A stretch of 32,471 nt of DNA, taken from the IMG/VR virus record IMGVR_UViG_3300033076_000914, positions 1-32,471 of that record, one strand, 5' to 3'. The position numbers and the translations under genes are program-made. The notes beneath the pieces are model-generated. The model worked only from the letters and a program-made list of their open reading frames with translations, was not told where the DNA came from and made no database searches. This DNA comes from a virus. Lineage: Duplodnaviria > Caudoviricetes. Of the stretch, positions 15,977 through 25,965 are shown in pieces (within the stretch, counting starts at the first letter, position 1; each line of letters starts with the position of its first letter).

Positions 15977-17649
15977 GCGCGCCCCCTGCGGTCTGGTCGG
16001 TCAAGCAGCTCGATCGCCAGCTCGGTCGAGAATACGCCGATCGTGACGCTACGCACAAGGGCAAGCTGTCGGTATATCCCCGCCTGTTCGCGAGTATATC
16101 GGATCACCGCGTTGGGTTCGAGCCACGCGAGTTCAGGGCCACCGCTGACCGTGAGCGTGCGGCGGGCGAGGGAAGTCCACGCGAGCCGCTCTGTCAGCAC
16201 GGCCGAAGCAGTCGAGTCCTCCACGATCCAATCGCCGGATAGCTCGGCAAATCGCTCCCCGTAGCGAGCCAGGGATGCCGAGGCGAGGATTGAGCTGAGC
16301 TCATTCGCAGCCACGTCGGCCGCATCGATCACACCGCCGCGCACCGTGAGGCTGCGCCGGTAGTCGCCGATGCTTCGATGGTATCGCAGCGTGACGTTGT
16401 TTTCGACGCCTCTCAGATCGGTAAACCGGATCGGCGACGCCTGAAGCACCGGAGTCCCGTCGACGTCTGACTCATCGATCGGATCGCCGACCAGATCAAT
16501 TACCGCATCGAGCTCGGTCGCATTGTACCGCCAGAGCTCATACCATACGCCCTCGGGAGTCTCGCGCCGAAGTAATGGGAGCAGCGATCCGATTTGCGCC
16601 TCGATCCAGTCCTCGGGTCGCACCGGCTCGGAGATCGCTGCGTCGACCAGGAAGCGGTCAAGCTGCGCCCGGGCGGCCTCAGCTCGGCCCCGCGCCACTG
16701 GCACGCCAGCCGAGAGGAGCAGATCGATCACCACCTGACCCAACCGACGGAGCGCCTCGCCCGACTCGGGGTCAACCTTTCCGCCGCCGTCCGTCCAGGC
16801 GACGTAAAACTCCGACCCCGGCTCCCACTGCATACGCGAGTTGCGACCGACGTAACCGGAGCGGCGAACGAAGCTGACCACCTGTCCGCGCAAGTCGGCG
16901 CCGGTCTCCACCGTGAACTTTTGCACGTTGCTTCGGCTGCGATCGTAGCCCGAGGAGGCTTTTACCAGGTACACCTCGGCGGCCTCGACTGCGTGTCCCG
17001 CCACGATCAGCTTGCTGTCGAGGTAGTTATGCGCCCCGCCGCCGTGCTCAGCGAGGTAGGCTGGCGATCCCGGTTCGTCGACGGGCAAGGTGCCCCAAAC
17101 GAACGATCCCGACTTGCCCGGGCGGCCATAGACCACCGGGTATGCGGCGCCGTCCATCGCTGGATCGGGCTGGAGCTGGAACGGGCTCGACGTCACCGGC
17201 CACGTCGTCGCGTCGATGCGTTGAGTCAGCGCCGGGACGGTCGCGGTGCGATCGTACCTGGGGAGATCAATCGAGAACGTGACCGGATCATCGGCCGTCT
17301 CGTACTCCGGTTCGACCAGCGGCCCCGAGGCGACGAGCTTCGCGACGTCCCAGCTCGTGCCCTCGTACCAGCGGCGAAGGGTCGCCGAGGCTGCGGAAAG
17401 GTCGACCCCATCTGCGACCAGTTCGCCCCAACTATCCGATCGCCATGGCCCGATCTCAATCGCGATCGGTTCGGCCCCGTCGGCGGCGATCGTCAGACTG
17501 AGGTCGGCCAGCCCGGCAACGTAATCGAGCAGGTGACCGGCGGCGGTTGTGACTTCCAGATCCACGTCAGCGATCCGGTAGGTGCGGCCACCGAACGTGA
17601 GATCGAGCAGCCAGTGTCCCGGCGCGTTCGGCCGCGTCACCGGGATCAT
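15973..17649 (-). CDS. Putative tail tip/hub protein
   Basis: 558 aa, second gene after the tape measure. YPVVYG, NNVTLRY, SLARYGER and an OB-like C-terminus. Confidence 0.7.
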   Translation of the reverse strand: MIPVTRPNAPGHWLLDLTFGGRTYRIADVDLEVTTAAGHLLDYVAGLADLSLTIAADGAEPIAIEIGPWRSDSWGELVADGVDLSAASATLRRWYEGTSWDVAKLVASGPLVEPEYETADDPVTFSIDLPRYDRTATVPALTQRIDATTWPVTSSPFQLQPDPAMDGAAYPVVYGRPGKSGSFVWGTLPVDEPGSPAYLAEHGGGAHNYLDSKLIVAGHAVEAAEVYLVKASSGYDRSRSNVQKFTVETGADLRGQVVSFVRRSGYVGRNSRMQWEPGSEFYVAWTDGGGKVDPESGEALRRLGQVVIDLLLSAGVPVARGRAEAARAQLDRFLVDAAISEPVRPEDWIEAQIGSLLPLLRRETPEGVWYELWRYNATELDAVIDLVGDPIDESDVDGTPVLQASPIRFTDLRGVENNVTLRYHRSIGDYRRSLTVRGGVIDAADVAANELSSILASASLARYGERFAELSGDWIVEDSTASAVLTERLAWTSLARRTLTVSGGPELAWLEPNAVIRYTREQAGIYRQLALVRSVTIGVFSTELAIELLDRPDRRGRA

Positions 17650-20600
17650 ACGATTTCCTGCATCGTCACCGGAGAGACACGGTAAACCGCATCACGCTCG
17701 GGATCGCCTTGGATATGCTCGACGCCGATACTCGAAGCGACTCGACACAGCATGAAAAGCCGAGGATCGGTGAGCGTTGTCCCGTGCGTCGACGGTATGT
17801 ATTCCAGCGCCACGATCGGCCGCTCGCCGCTGGCGACGTCGGAGAGCAGCCCCGCGACCAGAAACGGAGCGTCATTCAGGTTCGCGATCCCTTCCGTACC
17901 GGCGGCCGTCGCGAGGAAGTCCGGCCGAGGCGGCGAGTCCATCAGGCGCGACTGATCGATCCCATCCGGCCACGCCCAGCTCCACGAGCGAGCCACCGGC
18001 CCGAGGCGGCGAGCCCGTGACACGAAGTCAGCCGAGCGCGACGACACCGCGGCCGGCTCGTAGGTCGCCGAGCCTCCCCAGCCGTGCGACTGGCCGGCGG
18101 CAATCAGCGGCCCAGGTGGCATCCACGTCCCGACCTCATAGTATCCGTCGACCGTGTCTTGCGGCTCAATCACCAGCCGCCACCCGTCATAGGTCGACGC
18201 CTGGTCGAGCGCCACGCACACGCCCGACCGAGCCCAAATGTCCATCGTGCCCGTCGCGCCCTCGGTACCGTCGACGCCTTCGAGCACGAGCTCGGCGTGC
18301 TTCCCCGCCGCGGTCGTCCACAGCCCTTCGGTATGGCTTGCGATCCGTCGCAGCTTGCCGCCGCCGAGGTCGACCGTCGCGCCGACCAGCTCCCCGCGCC
18401 AAATGTAGCGGGTCGTATCGTTCGCGTTCGGGCGCAACACGTTCCCGCTGCGCGTCCACGCGAGCCCGGTGCGGCCACTGGCGAGATCCATGGTCGCGAT
18501 CGTCGACCAGGTAGTCGTCGCCGCGGTGTAGCCTTCGAGCCTTGCGGTGCGCCAGTTCGCGTTAAACACCCCGAAACCGTAGTGGCGAGAGATCGAGGTC
18601 TTCTCGGTCAACCACGCGAACGTCTCCGTCGTCCCATCGGTCGCCGAGCGCCATGCCCGCCGAGGGGAGGGCTGCACGTCAGGAAGCGTGTTCGCCGCCG
18701 GGTAGTCGTAGGCTGGTGGAATTGCAAACGTGTCAGAGCTGGTCGCGGGCCCATCGAGGCCGGCGAGGTAGGTCTGTCGTAGCCCCGCCGTCGCTCGATC
18801 GACGATCGCGGCCGGCGCCCCGGTGAGCTGGCGGCCGAGAATATAGTCGGCGATCGTGCTGGCTCGCGAGCCATAAAAATAGGGCCAAACCGTCGAAGCC
18901 GACGTGTACTTGCATCCGAAGTAGGAGAAGAGGATCGACGTCGAAGCGCCCGATGCGCCGAGAAGTCCCCAGCGGACAAGCCCGGTCGCCACCGCATACG
19001 TCGGCCAAGTCGAAGAGCTGTAGGCGCTTGTCCAGTAGTTTTCGCCCGGGCGCCGATACAGCACCTCGCCGACGCTGTTGGCTCCGTTATAATAAAGGAT
19101 CGCCCGAAACTGTACGGGCGTCGTCATGTCGATCGTCACGGTCGCGAGCGCCGCCGCGTTGCTCCGCACCGCGAACGCCGTCGTCGTCGCTGACACCGCG
19201 AGCTGCATACCGTTGACACCATCGGAGAGAATGATCGCAAACCCATCGAGCGTCGCCGCGGTCGAACCGCCAGCCGTCACGGCGAGCTCACAGTCGACCA
19301 TCGCCTTGTTCTGCGCTACCGTCGGCGCCGGGGTCGCGCTCATATGCCTCGACGTCGTCCCGGTAAACTGGATCCTCCCGGCCGGGGTAATCGAGTCGTT
19401 GGCATCGGTGCCGGTGCCACCGGCCGTCCAGCACGCCAGATCATCCGGCTCGGAGATCGGGAGCCACGTCGCGCCGGTGAAGTTCCCCGCGAGGTTTTGC
19501 CCCATCGAGAGAGTCGCCGTCTCGTAGTTCGCATCGAGCGCGATCACCCCGCCGATCCACGTCATGCCCGACCAGCCGCCAAGGCGAGTGAGGATCGGGC
19601 TCGGATCGTTGGTGCCGGTGCCGTCGTAGGTCTGGTGCAGCAAGTACATCGAGCCGCCGCTATGGCAGACCTGGCCGAAGTTCAAGCCCTGCGCCGCATC
19701 GCTGTTGTAGTCATTGACCGCGTAATCCCACTGATCCCACGTCGCCCCGCCGTCGTCGGAATGATTCATCACCACCGCGCCGACGTACAGCGTCGATCGG
19801 TGCCAGGCATACCAGCGCCCGACCGGGTCGAAGGCCAGCCACGCCTCGGCTGCGTTCGCCGTGATCGTGACTGCACCCGTCGTGTCGACGATCGAGACCC
19901 AAGGGTTCGCGGTCGAGCTCCATAGCATCGCGCCCGTCGCGTCCACTCGGGCAAGCCCGATCAGGCCCTGTCCGTCGTGCGCTGCATCGCTCTGCGCCGT
20001 CGTCAGGTTCGCGCTCTGAGCCACCCGCACGAACGTCCCGCCACCATCGGAGCTGGCATACTGGCGGACGTAGCCACCGACCGCCGAAGCGTAGAACTCG
20101 AAAAGTGCCATATCCCCGCTTGGAAGGACGAACAGGCGCATTTTCTCGCTGGTTGTTGTCGGATCCCAAATCCCGAAGCTTACCCGGGCTTGTTCGATCC
20201 ATCCGTCTGCGAGCGTATCAGGGCTTGCCGACCGCCAAAGCGTCCAGCCCTGCGTCTGTTTCACGAGCAGGTACACATACCCTCGGCCATCGATCCCAAG
20301 GGCTAGAGGAGCTGCGACCAGCGTAGCACTCCCCCCAGGGACGGCCGGCGGTGTAAGAGGTGCCGACCACGTTTGCGTCGACACGTCGAACGTGCGGATC
20401 TGCAGGCTTGTCGTCGTCAGCCGGTAAGCGCATACCAAGTCCCCGGTACGAAGTGAGACGATGCTCAGGTTGTTCCGCGCCGCAGAGTTGGCGTCAATTG
20501 GGCAGCAGCCCGTCACCGTATGCGGCGGTTCCCAGCCCCGGAGCCGGTCGGCGTTCTCGGTCGCAAATCGGTAGCCGACGCGCATCCCGCCCGTCAGTCG

Positions 20601-20837
20601 TGGCATCCCCGCCCGAAGCACCTCGACGCGGAGCTCGGCATTTTGCTCGCCGGTAGCCTGGACGACGGCGGCCACGTCGGTTCGGTTCGGCTGTCCGATG
20701 CCGCCAGCTCGCGGGCCACCTTCCGATGGTACACCCGAGGCGATCGCATTGTTCATGGTCGCGTAGGTGAAGCGCGGATCTCCGAGGAGCCAGCCCCTCA
20801 GAGTCGCGTCCTCACCCGTGTAGCGCGTCGAAGCCAT
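17646..20837 (-). CDS. Large minor tail protein with Asp-box (BNR) repeats
   Basis: 1063 aa directly after the tape measure, with SSDGGGTF and SDDGGATW Asp-boxes. Confidence 0.75.
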   Translation of the reverse strand: MASTRYTGEDATLRGWLLGDPRFTYATMNNAIASGVPSEGGPRAGGIGQPNRTDVAAVVQATGEQNAELRVEVLRAGMPRLTGGMRVGYRFATENADRLRGWEPPHTVTGCCPIDANSAARNNLSIVSLRTGDLVCAYRLTTTSLQIRTFDVSTQTWSAPLTPPAVPGGSATLVAAPLALGIDGRGYVYLLVKQTQGWTLWRSASPDTLADGWIEQARVSFGIWDPTTTSEKMRLFVLPSGDMALFEFYASAVGGYVRQYASSDGGGTFVRVAQSANLTTAQSDAAHDGQGLIGLARVDATGAMLWSSTANPWVSIVDTTGAVTITANAAEAWLAFDPVGRWYAWHRSTLYVGAVVMNHSDDGGATWDQWDYAVNDYNSDAAQGLNFGQVCHSGGSMYLLHQTYDGTGTNDPSPILTRLGGWSGMTWIGGVIALDANYETATLSMGQNLAGNFTGATWLPISEPDDLACWTAGGTGTDANDSITPAGRIQFTGTTSRHMSATPAPTVAQNKAMVDCELAVTAGGSTAATLDGFAIILSDGVNGMQLAVSATTTAFAVRSNAAALATVTIDMTTPVQFRAILYYNGANSVGEVLYRRPGENYWTSAYSSSTWPTYAVATGLVRWGLLGASGASTSILFSYFGCKYTSASTVWPYFYGSRASTIADYILGRQLTGAPAAIVDRATAGLRQTYLAGLDGPATSSDTFAIPPAYDYPAANTLPDVQPSPRRAWRSATDGTTETFAWLTEKTSISRHYGFGVFNANWRTARLEGYTAATTTWSTIATMDLASGRTGLAWTRSGNVLRPNANDTTRYIWRGELVGATVDLGGGKLRRIASHTEGLWTTAAGKHAELVLEGVDGTEGATGTMDIWARSGVCVALDQASTYDGWRLVIEPQDTVDGYYEVGTWMPPGPLIAAGQSHGWGGSATYEPAAVSSRSADFVSRARRLGPVARSWSWAWPDGIDQSRLMDSPPRPDFLATAAGTEGIANLNDAPFLVAGLLSDVASGERPIVALEYIPSTHGTTLTDPRLFMLCRVASSIGVEHIQGDPERDAVYRVSPVTMQEIV

Positions 20838-20840
20838 GGA

Positions 20841-22889
20841 TCACCCGTAGTGCGTAGCGGTGCCTAACCGTACCACGTTGCCGCTCGCAACCCTACCACG
20901 GACGCGCTGCGTCCTGGCATCGAGCTGCGCGAGGATGCGATCATTCAGCGCGATCACCACCGGGCCCGAGCTCTGCGCCGGGAGCCCCGCGTTCGCCGCT
21001 CGGAGCGTCTCGGCGAATCCCGGCTGGTTCATCGCTCGGACGTTGGCGACACCTTCGCCCCGCGTGATCACCGCTGGCATCTCGCTTGGATCAAGCCCGG
21101 TATGGAACTTCGGCCGCTCGCTACTGATCAAGGCCACCTGCGCCGCCGTCGTCGTCGCGATCACCGCTGCGGCGATCCCGCCGGCCACTGGCCCGAGCTC
21201 GGCGAGAGCCCGAGTCGCGGCGACCGCACCATTCACGATCGCCTCTGAGATCGCGATCCCCTTCCTGACACGGAACGCTACCATCTGAAGCTTGCGGTAT
21301 CCCTCGGCCTCATCGTTCAACGCATCGAGCCGCTGCTGTAGCCGGATCTTCTCGTAGCCCGTCGCCTCGGTGATCTGATCTCGGAGCGCCTTCCTCTCCT
21401 CTCGGATCCCTTCGAGCTGGCGCTCGCTGATCTCGGCCATGGCTGCGCCGAGCTCGCCGACGGGCCCGAGCACGCCAAGGATCGTGCCGTAGAGTTTCTC
21501 GTAAGCTTGCCGCTCGGCCTCGGTCTCGGCTTCGATCGCTTCTTGAAGCGCCTGGCTCGCAGCAACCCGAGCCGCATCGGCCGCACGCTGCATCTCCATC
21601 TCTTTTTCGATGCGTTTCGCGACGAAGACTTGGTACGCCTCATTCTCTTTCTTTGCCGAGGCGAGCCGTTCATTCTTGGCCTTTTCGGCCTCGGCGGTGC
21701 GATCGTCCTCGAGCTTCTGCATATCGCGGAAGAGCCGCGCATCGATCTCCGCTTGCGCCTTCGCGAGCGCCTCAGCGTCCTTGATCGCCTTGCGGGCCGC
21801 GGCGCTTCGATCGGTGTGAAGCCGCAGGATCTTCATTTCCGCCGTTTCTTGGTCACTTGTCGCGTCGTGAATGATCCGAGCGAGCGCCTCATGCGCCTGA
21901 GCTTGCTCGTTTACGCTTTTCGTGTAGCTGCTGTTTCGCTGCGTGTTTTTCCCGAGTTCATCGGATACGTTTTTAAGTGCGGTGCGGAACTGGCCGAGGA
22001 ACTCAGCCGCTCGCTGATCGGCCGATGTTCCATCCTCCACCGCATCGCGTCGACGATCGATCCCAGTCGCGGCGCTGATCGCGTCCTTTTTCGCGAGGAT
22101 GATCGCGTCGCCCCACTTCGCGAGCTCACTCTCGTTGCCCGTCAGTGCGCTCTGCACATGCCCGAGTGTCGACGCAAGGATCGCGGTCGAGGTCTGGAGG
22201 TCGATGATCGACTCGGCGACCGTGATCGCGGAAACTGCGAAGTTTTCGAGGATCGAGACGTTCTTGTACTTTTCGAGCAGATCGCCAACGCTAAAACTGA
22301 GCGAGATCACCGCAAGGGACGCCTGTTCAATCTCGGGCGAGAAGTTCTCGGCCAGTGCCACGGCCACAAGCCCAATGCTAGTTTTCATCGCTTGCAAGGC
22401 GCTATCGGCTCGCTCGACGCTCTCTCGCTGCTCGGGCGTGATTAGATCGCCCTTGCCCAGCTTGTCGAGCTCCTCGATCGTCGTCTTGGCTGCATCCTGT
22501 ACAGCGAGGATACCGCCGACGGCCGCCGCCGTAGCAGCACCGAGCGCGACGAATGCTCCGGTCGCCGCCGCAGCCGCTAACCCGACCGGCCCGAGTGCCT
22601 CGGCCATATCCGCCAAGTCACCGACGAGGCCGCCGGTCACAGCGTTACCCAGCTGCTTCATCGCGTTGAGCTGCTGCTCCGACGCCTTCTTGGCTTCGGC
22701 TGCTGCTTTCTCGCTGGCTTTCTCAGCTGCCTTCGCCGTCTCTCGGGCTTGCTTTTCAACCTCCTTCCAGTTCTTCGCCGCGGCGCTTGCCACCTGCTTC
22801 ATGCTGGCTTCGGTCATGCCTGGGATCGAGCGTAAGGCGGCCTCGACCTGGTCGAGCCTCACCCTGAGCGAAATATCCTCGGTCGCCAT
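20841..22889 (-). CDS. Tail tape measure protein
   Basis: 682 aa, Ala-rich helical/coiled coil with hydrophobic patches and C-terminal PKFHTG...AVITRGEGV. Confidence 0.88.
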   Translation of the reverse strand: MATEDISLRVRLDQVEAALRSIPGMTEASMKQVASAAAKNWKEVEKQARETAKAAEKASEKAAAEAKKASEQQLNAMKQLGNAVTGGLVGDLADMAEALGPVGLAAAAATGAFVALGAATAAAVGGILAVQDAAKTTIEELDKLGKGDLITPEQRESVERADSALQAMKTSIGLVAVALAENFSPEIEQASLAVISLSFSVGDLLEKYKNVSILENFAVSAITVAESIIDLQTSTAILASTLGHVQSALTGNESELAKWGDAIILAKKDAISAATGIDRRRDAVEDGTSADQRAAEFLGQFRTALKNVSDELGKNTQRNSSYTKSVNEQAQAHEALARIIHDATSDQETAEMKILRLHTDRSAAARKAIKDAEALAKAQAEIDARLFRDMQKLEDDRTAEAEKAKNERLASAKKENEAYQVFVAKRIEKEMEMQRAADAARVAASQALQEAIEAETEAERQAYEKLYGTILGVLGPVGELGAAMAEISERQLEGIREERKALRDQITEATGYEKIRLQQRLDALNDEAEGYRKLQMVAFRVRKGIAISEAIVNGAVAATRALAELGPVAGGIAAAVIATTTAAQVALISSERPKFHTGLDPSEMPAVITRGEGVANVRAMNQPGFAETLRAANAGLPAQSSGPVVIALNDRILAQLDARTQRVRGRVASGNVVRLGTATHYG

Positions 22890-23389
22890 TACGCCTCCCT
22901 GATCATTTTCTTGAGATCTGCGGCCAGTTCTTCCGCAAGTTGCTGCGAGATAATCCGCAACGGTTGCCGGATATATCGTTGAAGCGGGCTAAACTCCCGG
23001 CCCTGCGGCCCAGTCTTGATAAACCACCAGTATCGCTGTCCCCGCTTGTTCGGAGCATCGTTGTCGATGTAGCCCTCGATCCCAACGCCGACGTACCGGA
23101 TCCCGGTAATGAACCGATCTTGCGAGTGATATGGCTGTTGTCGGTTACGAGGCGCATTTGAGCGGATCGTACCATCCTCGCGCACCGTGATCCGCGGCCG
23201 ATCCTTCGCATCGCCTCGCGGCCACTGTTCCTCGGCCTTCGCGGTTAGCGCCTCCACCTCGCGCTCCACCGCAGCCACTACCGTCGGCGCGAGCTCGCGG
23301 ATCACTTGCTCGACGGTGCGAGTCAGCTCGCCGCTCACTTGCAGCGAAGCCGCTCCGCGTCCGACCGTGAATCCGCCTCGTCTAGCCAC
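22889..23389 (-). CDS. HK97 gp10-like neck/tail completion protein
   Basis: 166 aa basic protein with a helix-KAEEQWP...YWWFIK...PLQRYI pattern. Confidence 0.55.
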   Translation of the reverse strand: MARRGGFTVGRGAASLQVSGELTRTVEQVIRELAPTVVAAVEREVEALTAKAEEQWPRGDAKDRPRITVREDGTIRSNAPRNRQQPYHSQDRFITGIRYVGVGIEGYIDNDAPNKRGQRYWWFIKTGPQGREFSPLQRYIRQPLRIISQQLAEELAADLKKMIREA

Positions 23390-23591
23390 GTTTCCCCCTT
23401 GGAGACTTTACCGGCTGCGACTTCGGCGAGCTCGGCGGGGGCGTGTTGCGGACGCGCCAGTGCGCGATCATGCGTACCTGGTCCTCGTGCTCGCAGCGGT
23501 CGAAGGTGCCAGGCAGCCAGCCCCGCTCGCACTCAATGTCGAGGATCACATACTCAAGCGTCAGGCCGCCGTCGGCGGCTCGGAGTTTCCC
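23382..23591 (-). CDS. -1 frameshift extension (gpT part) of tail assembly chaperone
   Basis: Slippery G GGA AAC at 23591-23585. The -1 frame stays open for 67 codons (LRAADGGLTLEYVILDIECERGWLPGTFDRCEHEDQVRMIAHWR...) to TAG at 23382. Confidence 0.8.
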   Translation of the reverse strand, partial: GKLRAADGGLTLEYVILDIECERGWLPGTFDRCEHEDQVRMIAHWRVRNTPPPSSPKSQPVKSPRGKRG

Positions 23592-23938
23592 ACCTCGGCC
23601 TTGACCTCACTCTCGGAGATCAAGGTCTCGGCGAGCCACTGAAACGCGGTTGACCCTGCCTCGATCACTTGCGCGAGGTCGACGCCAGCCGCCTCGAACG
23701 CATCGAGCAGCTCGCCGCCGAAGCGAAGGGGATTGCACTTGCTGGCCTCGTAGTCAATGCGCCGGCCACCATCGGCCAGCATCTTCAGCGCCCGGGGGCA
23801 ACATACACCGAGCGCCGCGGCCAGTGCGCGGCTCGGGTTGTCATTCGCGGCGGCGAGCACTTCGCGCCGGACGGTATGCGACCGCGGGAGCACCAGGTCA
23901 AAAGAGCGAGCCCCGAGCTGTACCTGCTTGACGTCCAT
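23561..23938 (-). CDS. Tail assembly chaperone (gpG-like)
   Basis: Follows the tail tube gene. GGAGG SD before ATG 23938; ends ...EVGNSEPPTAA with the slippery site. Confidence 0.8.
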   Translation of the reverse strand: MDVKQVQLGARSFDLVLPRSHTVRREVLAAANDNPSRALAAALGVCCPRALKMLADGGRRIDYEASKCNPLRFGGELLDAFEAAGVDLAQVIEAGSTAFQWLAETLISESEVKAEVGNSEPPTAA

Positions 23939-23948
23939 CGTGTCCTCC

Positions 23949-24013
23949 AAAACAACGCCCCGCGACTGCGTGCCCCAAGCGAGGGAGAGGGACGTTTACG
24001 CAGGGCAGGGCGT
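23949..24013 (-). terminator. Long interrupted hairpin with short U tract after the tail tube gene
   Basis: Stems 23955-23963/24005-24013 and 23966-23971/23998-24003, followed by UGUUUU on the minus strand. Confidence 0.5.
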
Positions 24014-24038
24014 GTCAGGCAGACTATCGGATCGAAGC

Positions 24039-24542
24039 TCAGATCGCCAGATCCCCGATCACGGCGCCGTAACAGGTGCCGCTGATCGAGAAGGTGTTGG
24101 GATCGCCCTCGGCGTAGCTCAGAGCCAGCTCGCAATCTTCGAGGGTGAAAGAGTGATCGTTCGAGTCCCCGAAGCTGCTTCCCTCCTCCACTACGGACAC
24201 ATCGAGAGTGTAAACGTCCGCGTTCGCACCAAGCGTCGAAACCGCCGAAGCAAACGCGCCATTTTTGAGGATCGCGTCGGAGACGGTGTCAGCGCCCGCG
24301 CTCGTGAAGTTGCTCATCGAGCAAGTCATCGAGAAGGTCGGGAAGGTGCGGGTCGTGTGACGCACCGACGAAAGCACGCCCCGATGCTGGTAAGCGTTGG
24401 TCTCTCGGAGCTTCGCCTTGAGTCCGTCGACGCTGAAGTCGGCGTTATCGAAGCGCACCGTACAGGAGATCGGCGTACCCGTCCCATCCTTGAAAGTAAT
24501 GGTGCCATCGCACATATTCTTGACGATCGACGAAGTAGCCAT
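24039..24542 (-). CDS. Major tail (tube) protein
   Basis: 167 aa, beta-rich and acidic, with strong SD. Lies between the terminator-like gene and the G/T chaperone. Confidence 0.8.
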   Translation of the reverse strand: MATSSIVKNMCDGTITFKDGTGTPISCTVRFDNADFSVDGLKAKLRETNAYQHRGVLSSVRHTTRTFPTFSMTCSMSNFTSAGADTVSDAILKNGAFASAVSTLGANADVYTLDVSVVEEGSSFGDSNDHSFTLEDCELALSYAEGDPNTFSISGTCYGAVIGDLAI

Positions 24543-24568
24543 AAAGCCTCCCGGTATACCCTACCGAC

Positions 24569-25018
24569 TTACTGTATTTGGAGCCGATGCACGGCGTCAA
24601 GCCGCATTGTACCGAGGAGCCAGGAGCCGTCGCCGACGACACGGCGGCTCATCTCGACGGGGATCAAGTGCGCGTCGACCTGGCTCGCACCCGTGATCGC
24701 TTGGATCAGCATGGCCTCGGCATCGAGCGCCGAGTCATAGTCGGCGACCTGTCGATCGCCTCGGAGCCGATACGTCCACGCGATCGAGATCTCCGACGTC
24801 ACGAGTGCCCCCTCGGCGCCGCGCTTGTGCCGGATCATCTCCTGCGCCGCAGCTGGCGCCGTCCGCGCCACGCCGACCGCGAACGCCAGGTGAGCATATT
24901 GGCCGGGATCGGCAGGGAATAGGTCGAAGCTCCACCGCGACTCGCGCCACGCCGCGGGCAAGGTCAGCGCCTCGACGGCCGCTGCGATCCGCTGTCGGAG
25001 AGCCGAGACCGCGATCAC
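24569..25018 (-). CDS. Putative tail terminator/completion protein
   Basis: GTGA-coupled start, N-terminal SALRQRIAAAVEAL helix, and position before the tail tube. Confidence 0.65.
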   Translation of the reverse strand: MIAVSALRQRIAAAVEALTLPAAWRESRWSFDLFPADPGQYAHLAFAVGVARTAPAAAQEMIRHKRGAEGALVTSEISIAWTYRLRGDRQVADYDSALDAEAMLIQAITGASQVDAHLIPVEMSRRVVGDGSWLLGTMRLDAVHRLQIQ

Positions 25019-25773
25019 CGCCACGGGCGCCGCCCCGTCGACGCAAGCCAGAGCGTCGATACCGAGGTTCCCTTCCTCGCCTGAGTCCCGGGCGTGCCGT
25101 CGTCGTCGGTGTCGGCTTCGAGGAACCGCACCTGCGCCCAGGAGTCGTTCCAATGCCCGCGGTATTGCATCGCGATCCCGGCGAACGCTGGATTCAAGCG
25201 GGTGCTGAAGTCCTCAAAGATCAGCGCCAGCGTGAGGTACAGGTGCGGATCGCGTAGCGCCGTCGGGCTTAGGATCAGATTCGGGCGGTTGCCCTTCGCG
25301 AGAAGTCGGCCCTGAATCTGAATCCACGCCTCATCCAGCTTGTTGACGAAGCTGCTCTCTGAGTGGATGCACGCCGCGCCAGCGGGATCGAGGCTCGACG
25401 CGATCCGATAGAGATCAGCTTCGGTCACCACTGGAAAAAGTGCCCTGCGAACCAGCATACATTCATTATCAAAAGTGCGGGTCGTACCATCGCCCATCAC
25501 GAGCGACCAGACGATCCGCCACTGGTCTGAGTAAGCCCTGCCCGTCAGAGTCGCCGACGTGATCGTCGCGAACGCGATCCCGGTGCCGCCGACGCTGATC
25601 GCGCTCGACCAGACGAGCGTGTTCGTGTCGTCATAGACCGACACCGTGCCCGACACCGGCGTAATGATCGCCCCTGCGCGGTAAACCGTACAGCGAACCG
25701 TGTTATTGCGGCCGCGTTCAAGCAGCTCAGGGAGATCGAACCGGGCGGTGTAGAGGGTGTCGCTCGCGCTCAT
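25015..25773 (-). CDS. Putative head-tail adaptor with N-terminal Ig-like domain
   Basis: Beta-rich N-half (GTVSVYD...YSDQWRIVW) and a helical C-half starting VTEADL. Confidence 0.6.
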   Translation of the reverse strand: MSASDTLYTARFDLPELLERGRNNTVRCTVYRAGAIITPVSGTVSVYDDTNTLVWSSAISVGGTGIAFATITSATLTGRAYSDQWRIVWSLVMGDGTTRTFDNECMLVRRALFPVVTEADLYRIASSLDPAGAACIHSESSFVNKLDEAWIQIQGRLLAKGNRPNLILSPTALRDPHLYLTLALIFEDFSTRLNPAFAGIAMQYRGHWNDSWAQVRFLEADTDDDGTPGTQARKGTSVSTLWLASTGRRPWR

Positions 25774-25776
25774 GGA

Positions 25777-25965
25777 TCACCGCTTGCCGCGATCGGAATA
25801 TAGCTTGTCTTGCGTCCGGTGAACCTGCTCCGAAGCCTTGCGGCTTTCCCGCGCTGCGTCGGAGTGAGAGAGCCCGCCCCGACGGAGGGTCTCATACCCA
25901 CCACGCTCGGTGCCCGCCCGTGAGCTATGGTCGGTCGGCGGCCGGTGCTGTTGATCGCCCATCAC
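25777..25965 (-). CDS. Small hypothetical protein
   Basis: 62 aa, coupled to the upstream stop; fills the gap. Confidence 0.6.
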   Translation of the reverse strand: MMGDQQHRPPTDHSSRAGTERGGYETLRRGGLSHSDAARESRKASEQVHRTQDKLYSDRGKR

